DNA of 64,000 nt from a virus (Duplodnaviria > Caudoviricetes): positions 32,001 through 96,000 of IMG/VR virus record IMGVR_UViG_3300028886_000057, one strand, 5' to 3'. Positions 30,199-41,019 of this stretch are shown in pieces; position 1 is the stretch's first letter, and each line of letters opens with the position of its first letter. A program made the position numbers and the translations under genes. The notes beneath the pieces were generated by a model that saw only the letters and a list, made by a program, of their open reading frames with translations, did not search any database and had not been told where the DNA came from.

Positions 30199-31785
30199 TT
30201 AAGCAGTATGATAATGTTCGCCATCTATAATTGTTTGATCGGTGTACACGGATTGATCTGAAGAGTCTTGTAACATAACGCCATTAACTTTTACAAATGA
30301 ACGCTGCCCAACATTTTGTGACTCTAAAGTTAAACCATATTTTTTTAAAGTAAATGGTGTGCTACTAAGAGCGCTGGTTTGTGTATTCCAAGTATCTCCT
30401 GTATTAAAGGCAATAGCATAACGTATATCGTTAATATACAAAACACGAGTATTCGATAACCCCGCGCGAACAGCATTTTGAACGTCGGGTAAATGACTAC
30501 AAAAACTTAGAATATTTTCTGTGCTATTGTAGGCATACGCCATTAACAATTCAGAATTGCCTCCGACAATATATTCTTTAGTGATATAAGTAGAGCCAAG
30601 AGAGGTTGTTTCCGTAGGATTTGATGAAGAGGTTGTGTCCCACACCAATTTGCCTTCACTGGAATAGTTATGTAAGTACATCGGGCAGAGGTTTTTATAT
30701 TGTACGTATGGGGCGCGATCTGAAGCATGGACATAGATTTGGGTGTCATCAGCTAAAACGGAAGTGTAATTACTTGATAAAACTTCATATTCCAATGCTG
30801 GGGTCGTCCAATATGGGGATAAAATAGAAAAACCCTCGGTTGTTGGAAGCGCTGAACATTTTGCGCTGCCGAAGGTCGGACCTTCAGAAAAACCCTCAAC
30901 GGAATAGTGATCTTGATCTAATTTTAGCCCATTAGCAACGCCAGTACCAGAGAAAATTGCTTGCGCATAAGTTGAAATAAGGTGGTTAGATATATGATAA
31001 TTATGATTAATTGTGTATAATTGAGACACGTTTTTATCCTTTAAACCATGTCCGCCAACTAATAATAATTTATTAGGCGCTAGAGATTCATGTGGACAAA
31101 TAGCGATCCAGTGACTGCCATATACGGTTGAGTTTACTGCATAATCGGTAGTTGTCCATTCTTGTTTAATTTGTAGATTTGCCCAATCTATACTATATTG
31201 CGCCGTGCCCCTGGCATCCACATATTGATGTCGCGTAAAGCTCCAAAAAGCGGTGATATTAGACATCCCAGGACCCGTCACTACTGCATAAATACAGAGA
31301 GGCATCCAATAGTGAGATAATAGATGGGCCGGAGGTTGTAAGCGAGCCAGGTGGTTATCCATTGGTATAATATATTTTTGAGAATTACTGTCTAATGTAT
31401 ATGGAAATTGGTACCATTCATCTTTCAAACCTATCGCTACATCATCATATTGTGGCGAATCTGTGGTAATCATATTGCCGGCCACAACTGTACATTGATA
31501 TGGGGCCGGTACATTTGATTGTAACACTAAACGAGAACCGGAATAAGTAATATTAGCATAATAACTATCCTCAGTGTTGGTTATGTTAACTGACTTCCCC
31601 TTGTGTAAAGAAGTTGTGATTGCAAGCCTATAATTAGTAAAAGTAACATCTAATTGAAGTGGGTCTAATTGAATGGAACTTGGTAACTCCCATGCACCGT
31701 CTTCGGTATATATGTGTGTGGCCTGTAAACGTTTGACCGTTAGTGCGCTACCATATGAAAAACCTGTCGAAAAAATAATAGCCAT
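30199..31785 (-). CDS. putative virion/fibre-associated protein
   Basis: 528 aa, Ser/Thr/Tyr-rich, downstream of the fibre-like genes. Confidence 0.55.
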   Translation of the reverse strand: MAIIFSTGFSYGSALTVKRLQATHIYTEDGAWELPSSIQLDPLQLDVTFTNYRLAITTSLHKGKSVNITNTEDSYYANITYSGSRLVLQSNVPAPYQCTVVAGNMITTDSPQYDDVAIGLKDEWYQFPYTLDSNSQKYIIPMDNHLARLQPPAHLLSHYWMPLCIYAVVTGPGMSNITAFWSFTRHQYVDARGTAQYSIDWANLQIKQEWTTTDYAVNSTVYGSHWIAICPHESLAPNKLLLVGGHGLKDKNVSQLYTINHNYHISNHLISTYAQAIFSGTGVANGLKLDQDHYSVEGFSEGPTFGSAKCSALPTTEGFSILSPYWTTPALEYEVLSSNYTSVLADDTQIYVHASDRAPYVQYKNLCPMYLHNYSSEGKLVWDTTSSSNPTETTSLGSTYITKEYIVGGNSELLMAYAYNSTENILSFCSHLPDVQNAVRAGLSNTRVLYINDIRYAIAFNTGDTWNTQTSALSSTPFTLKKYGLTLESQNVGQRSFVKVNGVMLQDSSDQSVYTDQTIIDGEHYHTA

Positions 31786-31863
31786 ATTAATTCCTCATTA
31801 TCATTTTAATATAACATAAATAAAAAAGCGTCAGCAAACTGACGCTTTGTAGACTGATTTACA

Positions 31864-34800
31864 TTAATATCCCATTGAGTTCCAACTTGAGCCCCAGGCA
31901 ACATTACTGCACGGTCGACACTGGAAGCTATACGACCAGGTAGTAGGAGCCTGCAATGAGTGGCTGCCAAGAGTAATTGACGCACCTGCCGCCAACTCAG
32001 ATGTAATAATAGCGGCACTAGGCATATATGTAGTGCCACCAGGCGCTGCGATATAGAATCGACCATATATCTCCACTGGGCAATCATTTGGATTATATAG
32101 TACCAATGTAGCGCTAGCTTTGTTACGATAAACGGCAGGTGGATAGCACGTCGTATTTCGCACACGGTACAAATCATAAGGGCATCTAATACCGCCAGTG
32201 CTGCCGCGCACCGCTAAGGTCAAAGCGGTGCTGCTCGAAGTAATGGTGTAAGTGACAGACCCTCCCGTTACCGTTGCAGTGCCAGTTTTGCTGGAAGCAG
32301 TTGTTGGGGTAATTTTAGCAGGAGTTTGTGCCATCCAGTATGTACCAGAGGCTGCCATAGATGTGGAGACTGTTGGGCCATAGGCTGGTATGTATATTGA
32401 ACCATGAGTCTCTGCAGTAACCCAATCATAAGAACTGGTACGATTAATAGTAATATAGGTGCTAGTACCAGGTGCAAAAGAGCCTGAAGCGGCAGGCCAG
32501 TTAGTAGCAGATGCCGCAGCCCATGTAACCGTCGCACCACGCCAGACAGTAATAGCATCATAGGTATTATTTGACATTAAGTTATTGGTAGCAAAACCGC
32601 CATGTGTTATTGTTTGTGTTGCGCCGGTTACATCACGATATGTGACAGTGAATTGACGACCGTCTGGACCGGCTTGCAATTCACAAATACGACTTCGCAA
32701 GCCGCCATTCAAATTAACTGTTTTGTTGCCAGATATAGTAGTAAAGGTGTATGCACTTGTGGAAGATGTATAAGAATCTGAAGCTGTACCATAATTATCA
32801 TTTGCCGAACTCAATAAGCTGCTGCCAGACATTGAGCCAACATATTGTGCATAAATGCTGGTTTGACTACCATTATTTTTATTTTTATATTTATAAACAG
32901 TTTGAGTACCGAAGCTGGGTGACAAAACTAATGTATCATTATAATATACATTACCACGTGTGGTACTATTAATTGTGATACGATAGTATGGAGCGTCGGT
33001 TAATTTGCTACTTAATACAGTGGCTGTTGTGCCTGATAATGAGAAATTAGTGGAATTTAATACCAAGCTCATGGTTGATACGGTAGAACCTGTATCATTA
33101 AAATAACAGTTGCTCGACACCTGACGTATATAAAGGGTTGTGTTATATGCCGCCGAAGTAATTGGATTACTACCGCTTGATGCTGCGGCCGATGTGGTAT
33201 GGAAAGTAACCGTACCTAGACCCCACGCTTCGGCCAAAATATAGGTCTTGGGGCTTGCGGTCGGAGCAATTGAAACCGCGACTTCGTTATCAGCCTTTGC
33301 GATTGTGCCACTAGACTGATTTAGACTATAACCTGTTGCAGCGCTTGCGTTCCAAGTAATATCATTGCTGCTCCAAGTATTGTCGATTGAGCCTGGGGTT
33401 GAGGTTGAGTGGTATCCACTATTATCATAATAAAATGCTGTAATAGCAGAAACATTACTATTTTTTGTAATAGTGAGTGTGCGAACTTTATGCTCCGCTG
33501 TTGGAGAAACAGAACGATCATTTTCTTGTGCGGGAATAGTAGTCGTACCAACTGTTTTATAATAGGTCGCTGCTACTGGTGTGTATGTAATCGGATCGCC
33601 TGTCCATGCAAGACCAGCAACAGCCGCAGATTCAGTAAAAGTTGTTGTAGTACTACCGTATTTTACGGTGATTTGATTAATATTGCTATTTAATGTAACA
33701 CTAAAATTTTTGAAATATTTTTGAGAAGTTACATTAATGGTTTGAGCATCATAGCCCGGGCTGATGGTGCCGCTACCATTTCTTAAAGTATAATAGGTTT
33801 TACGCACTGCAGACCATGTGACGTCCGCACCAGACCAAATATTAGTTTTTGTCACACCAGATGTACTGCCGGCTGCAGCTACAGTAGTGTTCGTATTAGA
33901 GGTAGGGGTATAAATCATTTGGCTTGATTGAACATTACTATCGTGTTTGATTGTAATGCTACGAGGAGTTGGTGTCGCAGCGGCGGTAGTTACTGTTCGA
34001 GCATTTAAAGAAGGTGCTAAAGTACCAGAACTACCGGTCCAATATGCAGCTGCACTAGCAGTATAGGTAATATAGCTGCCGCACCATACATCCGCAATAG
34101 TTGTAGCGCCATCCGTGCTAATTGTATGCTCGGCATCATTGGTATCTCGATAGGTGATATAAATAGTATCAATATGTTCAAGTTTGTGTGCTACCCAAAT
34201 AGTTTGGGGGATACGACTCGCGCTTACGGTTATTGCCGCAGCACTAGTACTCGCGGTTTCACCACCAGATGTGTCGCCTGACCAATACTCATTCTGTAAT
34301 GTTGCCGTCCATGATAACGCGCCGCCAGCCCAAACATCTCCTGGACTAGCATTGGCTGTAACTGTTGCGGGTTGCCCATTGGTAGAAGAGGTGTATGATA
34401 AAGTCGCGGCGCTAATACCATCACTTTTATTAAAACTTACACTACGTACAACCATAGTAGCGTCATCACACGTCAAGGTTTGTGCGGAAACGACATTAAA
34501 ACAAGCATTAGTTACTGCATTCGCTAAATACCAAAAACTGTTTTCGGCGCTAGTACTATATGTAAAATAGTGTCCTTGCCATGCACTATAAGTTGTTGTT
34601 GCATACGTGGTATTGCTAATCTTAGAACCGCTATCGTTATAATATTGTACCGCAAATTTGGTATGTGTACCGGGCTTAACAGTGATACCATGTGTAATTC
34701 GATGTGATTCGAGGTTAATTGAATACGTTGCTAAAGACGGATCTGATGACCCAGCAAGAGTACCGGTCCAGTTAGCATCATATGAAGCAGTCCAACTCAC

Positions 34801-35316
34801 TGTATATGGTGCTGAAACCTGTATTGTTGCACTAGCGTTGGCTTGGTATTGGCTAGATGCGGCGGCTGTGCCAGTATAATAGTTAACCGATGCTACATTA
34901 ATATGGGCATCAGTGGTAACATTGACAGTACGACTTTTAGGAGATCCGGTCACACCAGATAAACTTACACCATTGGCGGTAGTGGTTGCTAAAAAATTGA
35001 TGGAAACTGTTGGAGACGAGCAATCCGCCATCCAAAAATTATTTAATGGAGTCGCTGAAAATGACAGGGTGTCGCCATGAAAAACCGTTCCGCCCGTGGG
35101 AATCGTAATATTGGTGGTTGCAGTAGGCTCCAGTGTAGTTGTGCGCGTTGCCGCTAATGACGCTACTCCCAATGGTAAAGTGCCTGTATTATATATCCCC
35201 CTTCGGGCATATATAAAAGTATCGTTTAGGTTAACGGCCGTAACGACTTTATCATTATCGTTTGTATCGTTCCAAACAACATCATTAACATTATTAGTTC
35301 CAAATTTTATTGCCAT
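31864..35316 (-). CDS. large Ser/Thr-rich repeat protein, putative receptor-binding/adhesin
   Basis: 1150 aa; repeated ~75-aa units (V/IW.G..I.W/Y.A); N-terminal MAIKFGTNNVNDVVWN adaptor-like motif. Confidence 0.65.
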   Translation of the reverse strand: MAIKFGTNNVNDVVWNDTNDNDKVVTAVNLNDTFIYARRGIYNTGTLPLGVASLAATRTTTLEPTATTNITIPTGGTVFHGDTLSFSATPLNNFWMADCSSPTVSINFLATTTANGVSLSGVTGSPKSRTVNVTTDAHINVASVNYYTGTAAASSQYQANASATIQVSAPYTVSWTASYDANWTGTLAGSSDPSLATYSINLESHRITHGITVKPGTHTKFAVQYYNDSGSKISNTTYATTTYSAWQGHYFTYSTSAENSFWYLANAVTNACFNVVSAQTLTCDDATMVVRSVSFNKSDGISAATLSYTSSTNGQPATVTANASPGDVWAGGALSWTATLQNEYWSGDTSGGETASTSAAAITVSASRIPQTIWVAHKLEHIDTIYITYRDTNDAEHTISTDGATTIADVWCGSYITYTASAAAYWTGSSGTLAPSLNARTVTTAAATPTPRSITIKHDSNVQSSQMIYTPTSNTNTTVAAAGSTSGVTKTNIWSGADVTWSAVRKTYYTLRNGSGTISPGYDAQTINVTSQKYFKNFSVTLNSNINQITVKYGSTTTTFTESAAVAGLAWTGDPITYTPVAATYYKTVGTTTIPAQENDRSVSPTAEHKVRTLTITKNSNVSAITAFYYDNSGYHSTSTPGSIDNTWSSNDITWNASAATGYSLNQSSGTIAKADNEVAVSIAPTASPKTYILAEAWGLGTVTFHTTSAAASSGSNPITSAAYNTTLYIRQVSSNCYFNDTGSTVSTMSLVLNSTNFSLSGTTATVLSSKLTDAPYYRITINSTTRGNVYYNDTLVLSPSFGTQTVYKYKNKNNGSQTSIYAQYVGSMSGSSLLSSANDNYGTASDSYTSSTSAYTFTTISGNKTVNLNGGLRSRICELQAGPDGRQFTVTYRDVTGATQTITHGGFATNNLMSNNTYDAITVWRGATVTWAAASATNWPAASGSFAPGTSTYITINRTSSYDWVTAETHGSIYIPAYGPTVSTSMAASGTYWMAQTPAKITPTTASSKTGTATVTGGSVTYTITSSSTALTLAVRGSTGGIRCPYDLYRVRNTTCYPPAVYRNKASATLVLYNPNDCPVEIYGRFYIAAPGGTTYMPSAAIITSELAAGASITLGSHSLQAPTTWSYSFQCRPCSNVAWGSSWNSMGY

Positions 35317-35375
35317 AGTTTATAACCTATTTCAGTATATCAAACATATAAAAAAGGAGTCAAGCTATGACTCCT

Positions 35376-37394
35376 TTAGTTTGTTTTAATTGTCAATATA
35401 CCAGTACTAGCGTCATAACTAAATGTAGTGGCTATATTACTAGTAATAGCATTATAAACACCTTGAGCAGTAGGAATTTGAGCTGCAGTTGAAGAACTAT
35501 TAACCGTTGATGTGATTTCAGTAGACGACGCTGCAACGGTTGGTATAGTATTAACAGATGGCAAAGACATATAGTGCGTAGTTGCGCCAACTTTGGCATA
35601 AGATACAGGCGTTCCCCAGACCAAGGTTGTATTTTCTTCAAACGACGCGTCTAACGATACAGTAGAGGTGTTGCCACTAGTAGTTACTTTTAAACCCGCA
35701 CCCGCGGCAACAGTATGCGTACCAGTATTTAATTGCTGCCCCATGACTGTAAAATTTGGTAGTGCAGGCAATTTAATATTATATGTTGTACCACCAACAA
35801 CGGCATAAGAAGTGGTTCCGCCAAATGTTAAAGTAGCAGTGTTAAAGGCGGCATTTAACGATACGGTGCGCGTTGCACCAGTACCAGTAACTGAAATGCC
35901 ATTGCCATATGTTACATCGGTTAAGAACGTTGTTCCACTAGTTACGGTTAAAGTTTTATCAGTAGCATTGTATGTAATTTGTGTTACAGCGTTGCCCGAA
36001 CCTGCTGTAGCTATTCCGCCAATGCCAGGAGCTAAAGTTTGAATTGCGTTATATACAGCCCCGGCAGTCGGAATATCTGTAGATGTGGCTGACGCGGGCA
36101 CCGTATCTGTAATAGCAACGCTAGAAGCGGCGACGGTCGGAAGAGCGTCAAATTGTATTGAAGTATTGGCGCTGCCGTCAAAGGTATGAACATCGCTACC
36201 AGCGGCAATAGTTAGTGTTTTATCTAATTTACCGGTAATATTGGCGTTCACCCACTTCGACGCAGAACCTGCGCTCGCAGCGGTATCAGCCCACTTTAAG
36301 CTATTAGCTGTATCTGCGCCAATCGGTGATAATGCAGGCGTATCAGGACCCACGGTAGTGGCTGTAACCTGATTGGGTGTGCCTAAAATATAACCGGCAG
36401 CAGAAGCGGTGGCTTTAACTGAACCGGCCGCAGCGGCAAATTTATAAACTGCGCCTTCGGTGGGTATGTTTGTAGAGCTAGCGGCGCCAGAAGTGGTACT
36501 AATATTATCTACAATTGCGACACTTGACGCAGCCACCGTTGGAATAGTATCAAATTGAATAGCTCTACTAACAGAGCCATCAAATGTATATATAGTACTA
36601 CCCGCGGCAATAGATAATGTTTTATCCAACTTACCAGTAATGTTGGCACTAAGCCACTGAGACGCTGCTCCGGCATTACTAGCAGAGTCGGCCCATTTGA
36701 TCGTATTGCTGCCAACTGGCGCAAGTGTTTGCGTAGTAGTGGTGGGCTGTTGCTGTACGCCTACTAAGTAGCCGGCAGTTGCTTCTGTCATATTTAATGA
36801 ACCAGCAGAAGCCGCGAATTTATGTACTGCACCAGCAGTGGGAATATCAGTCGAGGAATCGCTGTCAGGGATTTCAGTTACTATCCCAACGCTAGATGCT
36901 GCTACAGTGGGAATAGTATCAAATTCTACAGTTACGGCAGCAGACCCATTATAAGTATAGGTGATGTTACCGAGAACTAATTGTAAAGTCTGCATTGGCA
37001 GACCGCTGGCATAATAAATTTTAAAGCCAATTACCGTGCCTGCTTGCTCAACCGGTATTAATAGACAGGCTTTAGCGTTTTGCAATTCTTGTTGTGTTAA
37101 ATCAGAGCTATCTGCTGCACGAACATATTGCGGCAAAATATCATATTCAACAGATTGTCCGTCACGATGAAATGAAAGATGGTCCGCTGCTGGATTAGTA
37201 GATGAACTTAGGTCCTCAATACTGCTTAATTGTAATTGAATATCTTCACCGCCGCCACCGCTAGCAACAATAGCATTACCAAGGTCTTTGAAAGTAACTA
37301 CACGATTATCGTTCGTCTGGATACCAATATATACATTTCGGTCAAATTGATAACCGAGATTAGTTTTCTTTAAATTATTATCATAAATTCCCAT
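35376..37394 (-). CDS. tail-fibre-like protein with internal repeats
   Basis: Four (I/L)PTVAASS...IPTA/E repeats; ends FSYDASTGILTIK; start probably ATG 37394. Confidence 0.65.
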   Translation of the reverse strand: MGIYDNNLKKTNLGYQFDRNVYIGIQTNDNRVVTFKDLGNAIVASGGGGEDIQLQLSSIEDLSSSTNPAADHLSFHRDGQSVEYDILPQYVRAADSSDLTQQELQNAKACLLIPVEQAGTVIGFKIYYASGLPMQTLQLVLGNITYTYNGSAAVTVEFDTIPTVAASSVGIVTEIPDSDSSTDIPTAGAVHKFAASAGSLNMTEATAGYLVGVQQQPTTTTQTLAPVGSNTIKWADSASNAGAASQWLSANITGKLDKTLSIAAGSTIYTFDGSVSRAIQFDTIPTVAASSVAIVDNISTTSGAASSTNIPTEGAVYKFAAAAGSVKATASAAGYILGTPNQVTATTVGPDTPALSPIGADTANSLKWADTAASAGSASKWVNANITGKLDKTLTIAAGSDVHTFDGSANTSIQFDALPTVAASSVAITDTVPASATSTDIPTAGAVYNAIQTLAPGIGGIATAGSGNAVTQITYNATDKTLTVTSGTTFLTDVTYGNGISVTGTGATRTVSLNAAFNTATLTFGGTTSYAVVGGTTYNIKLPALPNFTVMGQQLNTGTHTVAAGAGLKVTTSGNTSTVSLDASFEENTTLVWGTPVSYAKVGATTHYMSLPSVNTIPTVAASSTEITSTVNSSSTAAQIPTAQGVYNAITSNIATTFSYDASTGILTIKTN

Positions 37395-37457
37395 AATATA
37401 GTATAGCATGCGTATGACTATTCGCCCAATTTAAAAGAAAAGGCGGGTTAAACCACC

Positions 37458-38117
37458 TTATTCTAATGCACTAAGTATTTCGTCAACCTCAACGCACCAT
37501 GGGGAACGCATCGGCTTTTTCAACTGCACGTACCCAACATACGGCAGATCTTTAAGCGCATCAATAACACGCTGGAAATCGCACACCGGAGCGCGCGCCA
37601 AGTGTCGATCGTCAATCTGACGGGTCGAGCCGATAATAATAATCTTACTATACTCGCAGCCACGCGTAATAATGGCATTTAGCGTCGCAACGCTACAGTT
37701 CTGCGCTTCGTCCACAATACAAATAGTATCATCAGCAATATTAATACCGCGCATAAAAGCAAGCGGCATAATCTCGAATTTATCTAATAAATTCCCGGCG
37801 TTCAAGTGATCCGCGCTTTTAGTAACTAGCGACTCAATCGTGCAACGCAGCGGCGCCATATATGGCTCATTCTTTTCCTCCGCGTCGCCCTTCAAAAAGC
37901 CGATGGACTCGCCAAGCTGAACCGGGTTTCTTGTGTAAATAATCTTCTTGTACTTCTTATCAAGCACCATCTCCAGCGCCGTCGCAATAGAAATAAAGTT
38001 TTTACCACTACCCGCCGGACCTTCGCAAAATATAATATGTTTGCGTTTTTCTTGAATGAGTCGCGCTAATTCCTGCTGCTCCTCATTTCCCTTCAAACTA
38101 ATGCCTAAAACAGACAT
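37458..38117 (-). CDS. phoH: PhoH-family ATPase
   Basis: GPAGSGK, IGFLKG, AFMRG, IVDEAQN, GSTRQID. Confidence 0.92.
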   Translation of the reverse strand: MSVLGISLKGNEEQQELARLIQEKRKHIIFCEGPAGSGKNFISIATALEMVLDKKYKKIIYTRNPVQLGESIGFLKGDAEEKNEPYMAPLRCTIESLVTKSADHLNAGNLLDKFEIMPLAFMRGINIADDTICIVDEAQNCSVATLNAIITRGCEYSKIIIIGSTRQIDDRHLARAPVCDFQRVIDALKDLPYVGYVQLKKPMRSPWCVEVDEILSALE

Positions 38118-38192
38118 GTATGTCCTCCGAGCCTAAGCCCTATAACATAGTATAGAAAAACCCTCGTCTGCTGTCAAACGAGGGCGCCTTAT

Positions 38193-39458
38193 TTACAATA
38201 GGTAAAGATTGCTGGCCTGGAGGCAGTTTGTAATCTGTGGCAGACTGGCAACAAAAAGGCCATCACGCGCACGAGTTTCGCCAACGTACATGACGTTAAG
38301 GTCGTCGATGCTATTAATTTCGCAATCGACCAGCACCACGTTATCGTATTCCAAACCCTTAGCCTGGTGAATAGTGGACACCTGCAAATAGCCGAGGTTT
38401 TTAATAGTCTCAACCATGCGGTTGGTGCGGCAAAGAATCATGGGGCGCTTATTGATGAAGGAGGTAAGCGTCGGCATTAAATCGACATACTTACTACTAT
38501 TGTGCAAACAGCTACCGAATGGATCGGCCACCCAAATGTCGCCGCCTAAGCCGCGAGCGCAACGAATATCGCAGGGCGCGCCGAACGAAATGTCACTGCA
38601 GTTGAAGCGTTGCCCGGTGGCTAAATATCGCGTGCCTTGGGTATAGAAGTTCATCGCCAAATCAATAATCTCCTGCTTGCTACGATAGTTGTTGCGTAAC
38701 ACATAAGAGGTAAAGCCTTCTTGAATTTTATCGAAGATGTCAGGAGATGCGCCGCGGAAAGCGTAGATCATCTGCTTCTCATCACCGATATAGAATTTCT
38801 TGCGGGCCTGAACGCGGCTGAATACGAATGACTGCTCATAGTCAATGTCCTGCAACTCGTCAACGAAAAGCGCGTCTACGTCGAAGATAAATTCGTCGTA
38901 GCGCATCAGAATATCATATAAGTAAAGCGGATAGTCCGTGAAGTCGTAAAGCGCGTTTTCGCGCTTGTAGGCAATATAGCGGCGCTCAATGGCGTCATAG
39001 GTCGCCTTAATGCGCTCCGGCACGTTGGAACGGAAGCCGCCGCAAATATATTTATATACCGGCTCAATATCTACTTTCTTGCGATAGTTGGCGATAATGC
39101 GGTGCAGAATATCTCTAATATCATTCTCGTAAATAATCCGCAATTCAAAGTTGTAGAGGGCGGCGTAAATGCCGAGGAAGTTGCGGGCCCAAACGTGAAT
39201 TGTGCTAATGTTTACGTCAGTAACGCCGCACTCAGCCAAACGGTTACGCAACTCGGCAGTGGCGGCGCGCGTAAAAGTAATAACGTCAATACGCTCTTTC
39301 GGATGGTCTTGGCGGTACTTTACTACGGCCCCAATTAGGCAATGCGTTTTGCCGCTGCCCGCGCTGGCACGTACCAGTTGATTTGCGTCGGCCGCAACAA
39401 TTACATCGCGCTGCTCAGGATTGTATTCTTCTAAATTTAATTTAACTTCGCTTGGCAT
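38193..39458 (-). CDS. short UvrD/Rep-family SF1 helicase
   Basis: ASAGSGKT, TFTRAA, STIH, VDELQD, GDEKQMIYAFRGA, NYRS, STIHQAKGLEYD, YVGETRAR. Confidence 0.92.
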   Translation of the reverse strand: MPSEVKLNLEEYNPEQRDVIVAADANQLVRASAGSGKTHCLIGAVVKYRQDHPKERIDVITFTRAATAELRNRLAECGVTDVNISTIHVWARNFLGIYAALYNFELRIIYENDIRDILHRIIANYRKKVDIEPVYKYICGGFRSNVPERIKATYDAIERRYIAYKRENALYDFTDYPLYLYDILMRYDEFIFDVDALFVDELQDIDYEQSFVFSRVQARKKFYIGDEKQMIYAFRGASPDIFDKIQEGFTSYVLRNNYRSKQEIIDLAMNFYTQGTRYLATGQRFNCSDISFGAPCDIRCARGLGGDIWVADPFGSCLHNSSKYVDLMPTLTSFINKRPMILCRTNRMVETIKNLGYLQVSTIHQAKGLEYDNVVLVDCEINSIDDLNVMYVGETRARDGLFVASLPQITNCLQASNLYLL

Positions 39459-39901
39459 AAGTTTGTTACTAATTCAACGATTTGCTCAACCGATCCGCCG
39501 GCAGTATATTCACCGGCGTCCGTAGTGTAAAGATGATTTACAATAGGGCCAAGATCGGGGTCATCGCCGTACAATTCTTGTAACTTTGCGACCTGTAAAT
39601 CCTGAATTGCTTCTCCTTCCTCGTGATGGATATTCACGTTAATGATGACGTCAAAGGCGACCGCTTTATCGCAGTTGCCAATTATAATGCTGTTGGGCGT
39701 ATTGAGCGCGAAATCTTTGGCGGTGGTAAGCGCCATTAAAATCGACTGCTCGAAGTTTTTGGCAAGACCCACGGTTTTGAGGTAGTCTGCATAGCTCGGT
39801 ATGGAGAGCGTATCGAAACCGCGCTTGGTAAGCCCTACCATGAGGTTCATAGCGATATGCTCAGAACTTTCGTGAAGCGGCAAAATGATTAACGCTCGCA
39901 T
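39437..39901 (-). CDS. hypothetical protein
   Basis: 154 aa, overlaps neighbours. Confidence 0.65.
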   Translation of the reverse strand: MRALIILPLHESSEHIAMNLMVGLTKRGFDTLSIPSYADYLKTVGLAKNFEQSILMALTTAKDFALNTPNSIIIGNCDKAVAFDVIINVNIHHEEGEAIQDLQVAKLQELYGDDPDLGPIVNHLYTTDAGEYTAGGSVEQIVELVTNLCQAKLN

Positions 39902-40380
39902 GGTACTTCTGCTCCAATTAGTTCGTACTTTAACTGATCGTCGGCCGTAGTAATAAATACGTTAAGATTGCGGTTGCGCCAGCCGACCTGCGCGGCGCGC
40001 AGCAGCGTAGTAACATCGCAATGAACACGGTCCGCGAACATGGGCTTAAGCACCCAGCGATTGGACGGCAACTTATTGAGGACGAACTTCTTTTCCTCAT
40101 CGGTGCGCACCTTTTCCTCAATCATATTGTTTTGGAAAATGGCGGAAATCACGCTTTCGCAAATGATCTCGAAGTCGTCTATATTAGGGTCTGCCAAACT
40201 CACGGTGACGCGATAGACCACTGACGGCGTTTTATATGAGCAGGCGAGCAACTTCTGCAAGTAGGAGCGCCCTTCACTAAGCGGCGCGTCTAAATATGCG
40301 TCTCCGTCCAACTTAATTTTGAGGGTGGAGAAGCGGTTCATATTTACTATTTTATATTGGGAAACATCAACAAATTCCAT
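39889..40380 (-). CDS. hypothetical protein
   Basis: 163 aa, overlaps neighbours. Confidence 0.65.
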   Translation of the reverse strand: MEFVDVSQYKIVNMNRFSTLKIKLDGDAYLDAPLSEGRSYLQKLLACSYKTPSVVYRVTVSLADPNIDDFEIICESVISAIFQNNMIEEKVRTDEEKKFVLNKLPSNRWVLKPMFADRVHCDVTTLLRAAQVGWRNRNLNVFITTADDQLKYELIGAEVPCER

Positions 40381-40912
40381 CTTTACCTTCCAAGTCCTTT
40401 AGATAACTATATACGCCTACAGTAAGCCAAGCGTCGAGATAGGCGTTATGCTCGATGGCTGGATAGATGCTGGCGTCGCGTGCGAGATCGTCTAATGAAA
40501 GCCGCGTGAGACGCCCCAAAATATGTTTAGCCTTTTCAAAGGTACAGAACTCAGCGGCGTGGCGCAAGGTAATACCATTGCGCTCCAGGACGCTGAGGTC
40601 GCTGTGAAGCCCGTGACTTACAAGAAGCACGTCGCCGTTTACATCTTTTAATAAGCAATCGCTTATCTGCCACTTCGCGTCCTCCAGCGTAACACCATAC
40701 TCTGCTAGGAAGGAAGAGGTAAGTTGGGTGTATCGTGTGAAGATAGCGGTAACAGGCTTTTGAATATATACGTTAAGCGAACGGTAGATAGCGTAATTGT
40801 TGTCACTAACGCGGCGTAACAAAATGCCGGCGAATTGGATAAGCTCCTGCTGATCAAATTCCGTGTCCAATACTAAGATATATTCGTGCGATTCATTATT
40901 AAAATTAAACAT
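40367..40912 (-). CDS. DEDDh 3'-5' exonuclease
   Basis: VLDTE, SHG..SD, EHNAYLDA. Confidence 0.85.
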   Translation of the reverse strand: MFNFNNESHEYILVLDTEFDQQELIQFAGILLRRVSDNNYAIYRSLNVYIQKPVTAIFTRYTQLTSSFLAEYGVTLEDAKWQISDCLLKDVNGDVLLVSHGLHSDLSVLERNGITLRHAAEFCTFEKAKHILGRLTRLSLDDLARDASIYPAIEHNAYLDAWLTVGVYSYLKDLEGKDGIC

Positions 40913-41019
40913 ATTTTACAACCACTACAATATAACACAGCACACACTGAAAGTCAGTTCTGCGCTATTTCTGGTCCAAATTTTGTGGTAATAAAAAAGG
41001 AGCGTTGCGCTCCTTTTAG

